This document shows, in pieces, positions 26,134 through 37,691 of a stretch of DNA of 64,000 nucleotides. Within the stretch, counting starts at the first letter, position 1, and the number at the start of each line of letters is the position of its first letter. The DNA comes from Eledone cirrhosa (Eukaryota), in assembly GCA_964016885.1 (NCBI GenBank), contig OZ024740.1, positions 212,350,001-212,414,000 of the forward strand. The letters run 5' to 3'. Below the pieces are notes generated by a model, which was given only the letters and a program-made list of their open reading frames with translations, was not told where the DNA came from and ran no database searches. A program made the translations under genes and the position numbers.

Positions 26134-26710
26134 TTGTTACATAATAAGGTTATGTTTCTGAGGCAATCCAAATTGAATCGACATGGGAACGGACGAAGTG
26201 TGTGCTTTTGGGTTCTTCATCCGTTCCCCTGTTCTCCGGATTCACCCCCACCGGTCTGCGCAGGCGCATGTCCGAAGGAAGTTGACCATTAGCTACCTCA
26301 GATTTCAACGAAATTCGCTTAGTCACTTCACCCTCTCAGCCAAACAATGACCCACTTAGGTCTGTACCATAGTTTACTGCTACCCATCCCGACTGTGGCA
26401 GTCAGCCGAAAGCCAGAGGGGATGTGAGAGTGTTAGTTTTTACAGGTCACAATACTACCTCTCACCAAGCGTGGACAGTACGACTGACCATCAACGGATA
26501 AGAGAAAATAAACTTAATTCTAGGTATCATGGTTTTACATTGGAAGTTATGGATGAGAGTTGGAAATAAAAATTAAAATCCTAAATCAAATATCAGAAAT
26601 TATAAATTAAACAATTAAAAAATTAACAATTAGAAATTAAAAAATGTTTCAAGTGAGAATCCGGATTGAGGTGAGTAAAAAAAATATATAGACTGAAGTG
26701 AGTAAATAAT

Positions 26711-27116
26711 TGTTTTGTTCCTGTTCAAATTTTTCCATTATATATAATACACGCTCACACGGCTTCCATTCCTTGGAACATAACTTAACTACCGGCTCAA
26801 CCCCGATCTAATCCGCCGTGACCTTTCTCCGAACTTTACACACCTTCCCACACTTGGTCTTTCCTTCCACGCATTACCTCTGTTCGATTTTGTTACTGTA
26901 CTTGTTTATTTCCGTATATGATTCTTTACCTGTTCGCTATATGTCTCTCCACCACTCCCCTACACACCCTTTGAACTCTGTTCCCACACACTTCTCACCT
27001 GAGGAAGGGCTTATGCCCGAAACGTCGTTCCCCACCTCCACCCCACTCTCCAGAGCATGAAATTAATAAACATTCGTTGTACTGCCTCTCTGTTTTGTTC
27101 CTGTTCAAATTTTTCC

Positions 27117-27126
<10 letters not shown>
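26711..27126 (+). mobile_element. 380-bp hammerhead-bearing retrozyme/pLTR-like element with ~36-bp terminal direct repeats
   Basis: tgttttgttcctgttcaaatttttccattatatata occurs at 26711 and 27091. It is followed by (TA)n. Confidence 0.7.
26997..27028 (+). ncRNA. Minimal type I hammerhead ribozyme motif
   Basis: ac-CTGAGGA-a-gggc ttat gccc-GAAA-cGTC-gt; helix I is only about 2 bp. Confidence 0.65.
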
Positions 27127-27190
<64 letters not shown>

Positions 27191-27338
27191 TATGCGAAGA
27201 AATACCTATGAGGGCTAGTAGACAACTGAAGACGGATATTCCTAACTTCTATTTCTAATTCTTCATTTATTATATATATATATATACATATATATATAGA
27301 GAGATTACAGTAATCAAAGTTCAGTTTAAGTCATATAT

Positions 27339-27387
27339 TTGCTTACAATTGTTTCCTCCAAACCGAGGTTTGGATTCTTCGGAGCAA
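27339..27387 (-). ncRNA. Type I hammerhead motif with a U4C core substitution
   Basis: Minus strand: ttgct-CCGAAGA-a-tccaaacc tc ggtttgga-g-GAAA-caattGTA-agcaa. Confidence 0.6.
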
Positions 27388-27914
27388 CTATTTATAACAT
27401 ACTTGACCTCCTTTTCAACCCAAGAGACACATAAAACATATGCGCATATTGATCAACAGTGGGGTGACATTCATCAAATGATATAGCATGGCAATTTACA
27501 TATAAAGGTTACAGGATAAAAATAAAATAAAAACAAGAGTGAAAATAAGAGTGAAAATAATGATAAACATGAAGCGTTGGCAGTCTATGAAGATAAAGCA
27601 AGAGGAAAGCTTAGAGTAGTCAGTGTATGAAACAATCTCCCGTGCAGCATGCACGCGTGTCTTATTTATACATGATTAGAGTGCGTCAGAATGATATTTG
27701 CAGGGTCAGGCAGCTGAAGCAGGCAGTCGATCTTATTATGTAGGCTGAATTATTAAGTCATTTATTCTCATACATCTGTATGATATACAGTCTCGGATGC
27801 GGGGAGACACCAAAATATCAAAAACCTTCAACATACTATAAACCTTATTGTAACGTAGGCAAGGCCGTACCACTGTCCTTGCTCACAAAACCACTCACAT
27901 AATCCATTGCATAT

Positions 27915-28591
27915 TCTGGAGAATAGAGGAAGTGTGTTTCCTTGAAAACTCGTATGACTTTAAAACCCGGTTCGTCTGTTTGTTTACATACAGACTAGCT
28001 GGACACTCACTGTAAAGTGTCTAGTGAAAAACTCGGTACATGTACATATGTATACATGTGTGTATTTATATGCATACTAGTACTTCCGTATACATATGTA
28101 GATGTACACTTTAACTTAATTGTTTAAGCGTCAGTCATACAAAAGTGAGTTAGAAGCGAAACGAAATTTAATTTTGTTTCGTTATTTGTTTTTATCGTTT
28201 CCGCTGAACCGGTGCGTACAATGACTCACGTTCTATGCAAATTAGTCTGCCCACTACTGATTTTCATAGAAAAAGCATATAACGATATGTGCTTTTACAA
28301 TTCTCCAGAGAAGCCGGAAGATGGGTATATATTGCTGATGAGATGTAATAACATCGAAACTAGTCCAATATTCCTGTCTGGCTCTCTGGAGAATAGAGGA
28401 AGTGTGTTTCCTTGAAAACTCGTATGACTTTAAAACCCGGTTCGTCTGTTTGTTTACATACAGACTAGCTGGACACTCACTGTAAAGTGTCTAGTGAAAA
28501 ACTCGGTACATGTACATATGTATACATGTGTGTATTTATATGCATACTAGTACTTCCGTATACATATGTAGATGTACACTTTAACTTAATT

Positions 28592-28596
<5 letters not shown>
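27915..28596 (+). mobile_element. Hammerhead-bearing partial tandem repeat, 470-bp period (retrozyme/pLTR-like)
   Basis: 27915-28126 is repeated essentially identically at 28385-28596. The hammerhead lies between the repeats and the element ends in (TA)n. Confidence 0.8.
28329..28371 (+). ncRNA. Canonical minimal type I hammerhead ribozyme
   Basis: atattg-CTGATGA-gatgt aata acatc-GAAA-ctaGTC-caatat: 6-bp helix I, 5-bp helix II, palindromic helix III, GUC cleavage after 28365. Confidence 0.9.
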
Positions 28597-28665
<69 letters not shown>

Positions 28666-28672
<7 letters not shown>

Positions 28673-30131
28673 TGATCGAGCATCGAAAAATCGGCGCACG
28701 AGTTCACGATAAACAAAATTCGAAATGAGCGGCAGAGGGCTCAATGATTCAGATAAATCAGAGCTATAACTATCGTTAAAATACCGTCACACATAGAACA
28801 AGTCTAAAATCAACCGTACGATAAAAAAATCGATAATAGAAGATTCGGGACAATCAGATAAAAAATATCAATAAATCAATAAATCAATAAATCAATAGTT
28901 TAAATGAATGTAAAATCATACCCGGACCCACTAGAAAGGTGTTAAATCTAGCTTCTTGGGTTTCTGTAAATCCTTAGACTGTATTCTATCAGCTCACATA
29001 TAAATATATAAGACTTCTAGAACAAGCGGACTGGATATACTTCTTCAACGAGCTTCGTCCTAACGGAAAAGAGGCTAACTACAAGCAAAAAACACACATG
29101 GAATTCGGCAAGGGAGATAACCTCTACATCCGCGAAAACTATTCGAGGAAATGTGGAAATACACATATCGAATAAAAGTGCTCAATAGACATGTTAAAAT
29201 AAAACAGGAGCTATTCATCACTCAATAGAATCGACAAAAAATGAGCAATAAAATTAACTGGTGGATAACTATGTCCAGAGCTAAAAATATTAGAATGATC
29301 GAGTATCGAAAAATCGGCGCACGAGTTCACGATAAACAAAATTCGAAATGAGCGGCAGAGGGCTCAATGATTCAGATAAATCAGAGCTATAACTATCGTT
29401 AAAATACCGTCACACATAGAACAAGTCTAAAATCAACCGTACGATAAAAAATCGATAATAGAAGATTCGGGACAATCAGATAAAAAATATCAATAAATCA
29501 ATAAATCAATAAATCAATAGTTTAAATGAATGTAAAATCATACCCGGACCCACTAGAAAGGTGTTAAATCTAGCTTCTTGGGTTTCTGTAAATCCTTAGA
29601 CTGTATTCTATCAGCTCACATATAAATATATAAGACTTCTAGAACAAGCGGACTGGATATACTTCTTCAACGAGCTTCGTCCTAACGGAAAAGAGGCTAA
29701 CTACAAGCAAAAAACGCACATGGAATTCGGCAAGGGAGATAACCTCTACATCCGCGAAAACTATTCGAGGAAATGTGGAAATACACATATCGAATAAAAG
29801 TGCTCAATAGACATGTTAAAATAAAACAGGAGCTATTCATCACTCAATAGAATCGACAAAAAATGAGCAATAAAATTAACTGGTGGATAGCTATGTCCAG
29901 AGCTAAAAATATTAGAATGATCGGGTATCGAAAAATCGGCGCACGAGTTCACGATAAACAAAATTCGAAATGAGCGGCAGAGGGCTCAATGATTCAGATA
30001 AATCAGAGCTATAACTATCGTTAAAATACCGTCACACATAGAACAAGTCTAAAATCAACCGTACGATAAAAAAATCGATAATAGAAGATTCGGGACAATC
30101 AGATAAAAAATATCAATAAATCAATAAATCA
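28666..30131. repeat. Tandem repeat, ~623-bp unit, about 2.3 copies
   Basis: attagaatgatcg.g.atcgaaaaatcggcgcacgag starts at 28666, 29289 and 29911; units are nearly identical. Confidence 0.95.
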
Positions 30132-31046
30132 ATATATATAGACTCTTGAGTGCTACTGATAACATGTAAACCAGTACAACCTGTCGCATGGTCGGGTCGT
30201 CGGCGACTAAATTGGTAACCCCACCAAGTTTACTTGGTGAGGAGGGTGATTTTGGACACCCTGCAGGACAAAAAACAAAACCTGACAAAGGGCGGAAGAA
30301 GTGATAAGAGTTAACGGCCATCCAAAAATGTGTAAATATGTATATAAACATGTAAATATGTATGTGTATGTATATACGTGTGTATATGCCTGGAGTGTCA
30401 GGGAGGGGCATGTACCTCTGTAGGGGGAGGGGGGGCTAGTCATGCCCTTTTCAGAACAGCTCGTCCTGCATTGGGTCCCACCTGACAATCAGCTCTCACC
30501 TGTGGTCCCAAGAAGCTGTAGCATGCGACAGCGACTACACCCCGGTAAACCACCTTGGCTGGCGGGCCGAACCAGGTTGAGGGTAGCCGGACGGGTCTGA
30601 AACCCCCCGGTGAGTTAGATAGGGGATGCCTGCCCCTGCATGCGAAGACTGGACCCGGAGGAGTGAGTGGAGGAGGACAACATCGTCCCAACGGTCACGA
30701 AGGCGGCGACAGCAAGTGGTGTGGAGCGCTAGGGCACGGCAAGGTACTACAGTCGTCTTGGCCATCCACTGCAGCTAAGGAAGTCCCTGGTCGTGACGGT
30801 CCTCCGTACCACCGGATTCTGGCTTCTGCAGCCGAGTGCGTGGGACCGTTACTGTGCACTTTTCTATCGTTCCTCCACGCATTCTGCATCACCATGTACT
30901 GTCAGAAGTGGTGGTCATGCTATTGAAACCTAAGGTACCGTAATATATGTAATATATATTAAGAAATACTAAAATAGCTCTCATGTAATATATAGACGAC
31001 CCCTGATAACAGCTTTCCTTCAAATAGAACCTAAATGAAACACCAT

Positions 31047-31189
31047 TTCTTCTTCTTCTTCTTCTTCTTCTTCTTCTTCTTCTTCTTCTTCTTCTTCTTC
31101 TTCTTCTTCTTCTTCCTCCTTCATCTTCTTCTTCTTCTTCTTCTTCTTCTTCTTCTTCTTCTTCTTCTTCTTCTTCTTCTTCTTCTTCT
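31047..31189. repeat. (CTT)n microsatellite
   Basis: Direct observation. Confidence 0.99.
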
Positions 31190-31579
31190 CCAGAGTTTTA
31201 ACGTACAAAAATATATACGATAAATTAATAAGTTTGAAAGTGAAACTGTGTTTAACTAAGTAACAATGGTGTATTTACATTAAGTGCCAACAGATCTAGT
31301 TTCATTCAATCGATCCAGTAAGAAAACAAAACATATTTATTGAAAAACATATCTTAAACAAATAATAAATTGTTATATATATTGACAACTGGTATAGGCA
31401 CGTATATAAATTACACTCGTATATAACTAAAGAAAGATTGTTTGAGACATCTATAAATTGTACTTGACAAATTGCAACAGATCTACATTATTTTCTTTAA
31501 GTTAGGTAAGTACCCAAGTCTTTATTTATACCTTTTATTAATATATAATACACACACTATTAGTCGAGAAGTCGAGACA

Positions 31580-31676
31580 CTCAATTGAGTAATATTTTTT
31601 TAAAAGCCTTATTGGTTTACATGTAATATATATTCGACCGACAGCTACAAACACATGCATCATCTTTGTTTTTCTT

Positions 31677-31752
<76 letters not shown>

Positions 31753-32047
31753 ACCTTCTTTCTCTGGGATAGACACATGTGCTGAGCTCGCTCGGTAAGT
31801 TTCGTTTAAATTTATCTGGAAATTGTGAACTGTAAACTTTCATTTTTGTACCATTTTGTAGAGAGACTGCTCTGATCTGATTAGTTTTGGGAATTCTACC
31901 TGTTTTTATGTTAAAAAAGTGGCTCCAGCGCTACTTGGTGTTGCAAAAATTCTTGTGGTCAAAACAATTTTGATTGGTCGGTAGAGGTCATGTGAATGTA
32001 AAAAATTGATTTTGCGCCAAGACTGGGAAATGACTCTTTCACAACAA

Positions 32048-32099
<52 letters not shown>

Positions 32100-32184
32100 T
32101 AGTAGTGTTCGATGTTGTGATAATGGTTAGCAGGGATGTGTGTGCGGACAGCAACCTGTTGACAGTTCAAATGGCTATTAAGAT

Positions 32185-32258
<74 letters not shown>

Positions 32259-32365
32259 CAGAGTAATTCGTGGTAGCGGGATGGTCAGTAGGAATGTGTC
32301 TGTAAGGAGTGGGGGGGTATTTTAGCATGTCAAAAGATATTTTTCAGCTTTTGTCTTATACGGAG

Positions 32366-32404
<39 letters not shown>

Positions 32405-32653
32405 AGTCTTTTTGTATGTTAATGTACGCGTGTGTATGTGTGTGTGTGTATATATGTGTGCGTGTGTGTGACAGAATGTGTGTGTGGGGGGACCAGTATT
32501 TTTTCCCCCTGGTAAAATGGTGTACATTATTCGATATATTGAGTAAAATCGATTCTCTCAATTGAGTAATATTTTTTTAAAAGCCTTATTGGTTTACATG
32601 TAATATATATTCGACCGACAGCTACAAACACACGCATCATCTTTGTTTTTCTT

Positions 32654-32709
<56 letters not shown>

Positions 32710-33016
32710 ATATCTATCTATACCTTCTTTCTCTGGGATAGACACATGTGCTGAGCTCGCTCGGTAAGTTTCGTTTAAATTTATCTGGAAATTGTGAACT
32801 GTAAACTTTCATTTTTGTACCATTTTGTAGAGAGACTGCTCTGATCTGATTAGTTTTGGGAATTCTACCTGTTTTTATGTTAAAAAAGTGGCTCCAGCGC
32901 TACTTGGTGTTGCAAAAATTCTTGTGGTCAAAACAATTTTGATTGGTCGGTAGAGGTCATGTGAATGTAAAAAATTGATTTTGCGCCAAGACTGGGAAAT
33001 GACTCTTTCACAACAA

Positions 33017-33096
<80 letters not shown>

Positions 33097-33334
33097 TAGT
33101 AGTAGTGTTCGATGTTGTGATAATGGTTAGCAGGGATGTGTGTGCGGACAGCAACCTGTTGACAGTTCAAATGGCTATTAAGATAAGTGTGTGTGTGTGT
33201 GTGTGTGTGTGTAGCAGAGTAATTCGTGGTAGCGGGATGGTCAGTAGGAATGTGTCTGTAAGGAGTGGGGGTGTATTTTAGCATGTCAAAAGATATTTTT
33301 CAGCTTTTGTCTTATAAGGAGAAGTGTGTGTGTG

Positions 33335-33367
<33 letters not shown>

Positions 33368-33619
33368 ATAAGTCTCTTTGTATGTTAATGTACGCGTGTG
33401 TATGTGTGTGTGTGTATATATGTGTGCGTGTGTGTGACAGAATGTGTGTGTGGGGGGACCAGTATTTTTTCCCCCTGGTAAAATGGTGTACATTATTCGA
33501 TATATTGAGTAAAATCGATTCTCTCAATTGAGTAATATTTTTTTAAAAGCCTTATTGGTTTACATGTAATATATATTCGACCGACAGCTACAAACACACG
33601 CATCATCTTTGTTTTTCTT

Positions 33620-33699
<80 letters not shown>

Positions 33700-33999
33700 A
33701 CCTTCTTTCTCTGGGATAGACACATGTGCTGAGCTCGCTCGGTAAGTTTCGTTTAAATTTATCTGGAAATTGTGAACTGTAAACTTTCATTTTTGTACCA
33801 TTTTGTAGAGAGACTGCTCTGATCTGATTAGTTTTGGGAATTCTACCTGTTTTTATGTTAAAAAAGTGGCTCCAGCGCTACTTGGTGTTGCAAAAATTCT
33901 TGTGGTCAAAACAATTTTGATTGGTCGGTAGAGGTCATGTGAATGTAAAAAATTGATTTTGCGCCAAGACTGGGAAATGACTCTTTTACAACAAATATG

Positions 34000-34050
<51 letters not shown>

Positions 34051-34135
34051 TAGTAGTGTTCGATGTTGTGATAATGGTTAGCAGGGATGTGTGTGCGGAC
34101 AGCAACCTGTTGACAGTTCAAATGGCTATTAAGAT

Positions 34136-34179
<44 letters not shown>

Positions 34180-34289
34180 CAGAGTAATTCGTGGTAGCGG
34201 GATGGTCAGTAGGAATGTGTCTGTAAGGATTGGGGGGGGGGGTATTTTAGCATGTCAAAAGATATTTTCAGCTTTTGTCTTATACGGAG

Positions 34290-34346
<57 letters not shown>

Positions 34347-34595
34347 AGTCTCTTTGTATGTTAATGTACGCGTGTGTATGTGTGTGTGTGTATATATGTG
34401 TGCGTGTGTGTGACAGAATGTGTGTGTGGGGGGACCAGTATTTTTTCCCCCTGGTAAAATGGTGTACATTATTCGATATATTGAGTAAAATCGATTCTCT
34501 CAATTGAGTAATATTTTTTTAAAAGCCTTATTGGTTTACATGTAATATATATTCGACCGACAGCTACAAACACACGCATCATCTTTGTTTTTCTT

Positions 34596-34667
<72 letters not shown>

Positions 34668-34962
34668 ACCTTCTTTCTCTGGGATAGACACATGTGCTGA
34701 GCTCGCTCGGTAAGTTTCGTTTAAATTTATCTGGAAATTGTGAACTGTAAACTTTCATTTTTGTACCATTTTGTAGAGAGACTGCTCTGATCTGATTAGT
34801 TTTGGGAATTCTACCTGTTTTTATGTTAAAAAAGTGGCTCCAGCGCTACTTGGTGTTGCAAAAATTCTTGTGGTCAAAACAATTTTGATTGGTCGGTAGA
34901 GGTCATGTGAATGTAAAAAATTGATTTTGCGCCAAGACTGGGAAATGACTCTTTCACAACAA

Positions 34963-35036
<74 letters not shown>

Positions 35037-35121
35037 TAGTAGTGTTCGATGTTGTGATAATGGTTAGCAGGGATGTGTGTGCGGACAGCAACCTGTTGAC
35101 AGTTCAAATGGCTATTAAGAT

Positions 35122-35199
<78 letters not shown>

Positions 35200-35309
35200 C
35201 AGAGTAATTCGTGGTAGCGGGATGGTCAGTAGGAATGTGTCTGTAAGGAGTGGGGGGGGGGTATTTTAGCATGTCAAAAGATATTTTTCAGCTTTTGTCT
35301 TATACGGAG

Positions 35310-35346
<37 letters not shown>

Positions 35347-35595
35347 AGTCTCTTTGTATGTTAATGTACGCGTGTGTATGTGTGTGTGTGTATATATGTG
35401 TGCGTGTGTGTGACAGAATGTGTGTGTGGGGGGACCAGTATTTTTTCCCCCTGGTAAAATGGTGTACATTATTCGATATATTGAGTAAAATCGATTCTCT
35501 CAATTGAGTAATATTTTTTTAAAAGCCTTATTGGTTTTCATGTAATATATATTCGACCGACAGCTACAAACACACGCATCATCTTTGTTTTTCTT

Positions 35596-35639
<44 letters not shown>
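31580..35639 (+). repeat. Composite satellite, ~0.98-kb unit, 4 full units plus a partial, each with (TATC)n and three (TG)n tracts
   Basis: ctcaattgagtaatatttttttaaaagcc at 31580, 32557, 33523, 34499 and 35499. Periods of 977/966/976/1000 differ mainly in microsatellite length. Confidence 0.97.
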
Positions 35640-35858
35640 ATCCATCTCTGGGATGGACACACGCGTATAACTTGCTGAGTAAGTTCTGTTTAAATTTCTA
35701 TAGAAATTCTTGTCTGATAACTTTAATTTTTGTACCATTTTGTAGAGGGACTGCCAGGTCAAACTTTGATCTGGTCAGTCTCTCAAAATATTCTACGCCT
35801 TTAGGCGAAATAGTTAAAAAAAAAGTTTTTTCTTGTTGAAAAGTCAATATTTTTTTAA

Positions 35859-37667
35859 ATGGCCGAAGCTTCTTCACCAAAATTCGAAGGAGGAAAGGGG
35901 AAGATGAACTTACAGCTTCCCCCTGCCACTGTCACAGTAGCAGAGGTCAAGAAGATAGGTCAGCCAGAGGAAGGATTTTCTCCACCTGTTGACCGACAAC
36001 TTGACGTTGCCATGGCAACAAACCAAAGAACCAGCGGCACCAGCAACAGCAACAACAACAACAACAATGCGACGGACGAAAACAACACCAATAACAATAA
36101 CAACAACAACAAGACCAATAACTGTGATAACAACAACAATGATAACAACAACACCACCAACTACAACAGCAACACAAACAAACAAAAATTTCTCCATCGC
36201 CGAGACGGCAAGGAAAACCCTCGACTATCTGCCAGTAGATATAACCAAAGCGAAGAAGCTACTGGCAGATGCCAAAAAATATATAGTGTACGGGGAAAAT
36301 GGTTCATTCACGGTCCATTCCCCCCCCCCCCCCCCGGGAACTAAAAAGCCAGAGACTCCTAAACACTGTCATGTTTAGGACAATCTCGAATAAAAGCAAA
36401 AATCCAGCTCAACCATCACAGAGTGAGATAGAGCTGGTTTTAAAAGACGTCATGAAGGACATCACCTTCATTCAGAAGGATAGACTCTACGGGAGTCTAT
36501 CCATTCTCATGAAGGACAGGGACACAGCAGTGAAACTGTCCATCAAACCAATCGCATCCACCGCATACACCTTCTACCCTACGTACATGGGTAGAAGAAG
36601 ACAAAAAATAAAAATCCACACCATCCTGCCGATTATGGACATATGGTGGGTTTTGACAGGTTTCCTGGACCTGGATGATGACACGCTGGTGTCCATGGGA
36701 AAGGCATCGGGTGACGCGTTCAGTGGAACGACCCTCGAACTTGTAGTTCAAATGAGGCCCGAAAGGATCGCCCAGATCCCTGAACGCGTCATACTGGATG
36801 ATCAAACTTTCATCAACATTACCGTTGAGGGTAGGCGGCCCTCGTGTTACCTCTGCGGAACCAGAGGTCACCTGAGGGCTGTCTGTCCCCAACTTAATAA
36901 GAAAACCCCAATCCTGCCTACACCACCAACAACTGCAAAACCAACACAATCACCACAACTACCACTACAAAAACAACCACCACAGCTCAAACCAAAACAA
37001 AACAATGTCCAACCCATCCCCCCCCCCCCACTAAAAAAAAAAATAATTTCCAAAACACCCGCACCGCAAACACAACCCGAAAATATACCCCTCCCTTCCA
37101 ACGCGGAAAATGACCCTAGTTCGTCGTCAGACGAGAGGAGCACTTCCACACAATCAAAAGAAAAAAAAGAAAACACACCTCAGACACACAAATGAAAACA
37201 ACCCCTCCCCAAAACATAACACTGACACCAACACAAAAGAGCTCACAACAACAGCAAACAAAAAACACCACACAAAAACAAAAACATGCATACACATACA
37301 TAAACACAAGAAACAAAAAACTGTTAAACATTGTGTACAACAACAATCTAATAAAAACCCAAGGGCCTAACTTCACCCAGGCAGGGGATTTCCCCCACCT
37401 CAAAATGATTAAGGCCCCACAGGACAACTATAAACTTTAAAAAACAACTTTAAAGAGGACGTGGGTCCCCCCCTGCGTCGGGCCCATTAACCGCGTCCTC
37501 CTAGAAAACTACCCCACCCCTCCCCAAACACCCACACAACTCCAAACTCCCCAACCACACAACACACTGATGCCCCTACACCTCCACAAACCACCACCCC
37601 ACCCAACAACCCATACCCCACCCTAATGGAAATTGTGCAGCCCGATACCCGGGACGCAGAGGGGTAA
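35859..37667 (+). pseudogene. Tx1 ORF1 (copy A), frameshifted
   Basis: Asn-rich N-terminus, RPSCYLCGTRGHLRAVCP, Pro/Thr-rich region, ends MEIVQPDTRDAEG*. Confidence 0.88.
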
Positions 37668-37691
37668 GTGCCTTTTCTCTTCACCACCAAC

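Larger units (their letters stand above)
24748..26710 (-). mobile_element. Non-autonomous Penelope/retrozyme-like element: two ~663-bp direct repeats, 1299-bp period
   Basis: 24748-25411 is repeated at 26047-26710 with high identity. Each copy carries a hammerhead motif on the minus strand. Confidence 0.75.

Noticed and set aside
30140-30940. GC-rich segment, possibly LINE (RTE) 5' UTRs with an HDV-like ribozyme
   Set aside because: I could not build the nested double pseudoknot or find a recognisable ORF; left unannotated.
31752-31900. Satellite unit as a known snRNA, 5S or tRNA gene (typical Tx1 targets)
   Set aside because: No match to the U1, U2, U4, U5, U6, 5S or tRNA sequences I recognise; only a generic Sm-like motif.
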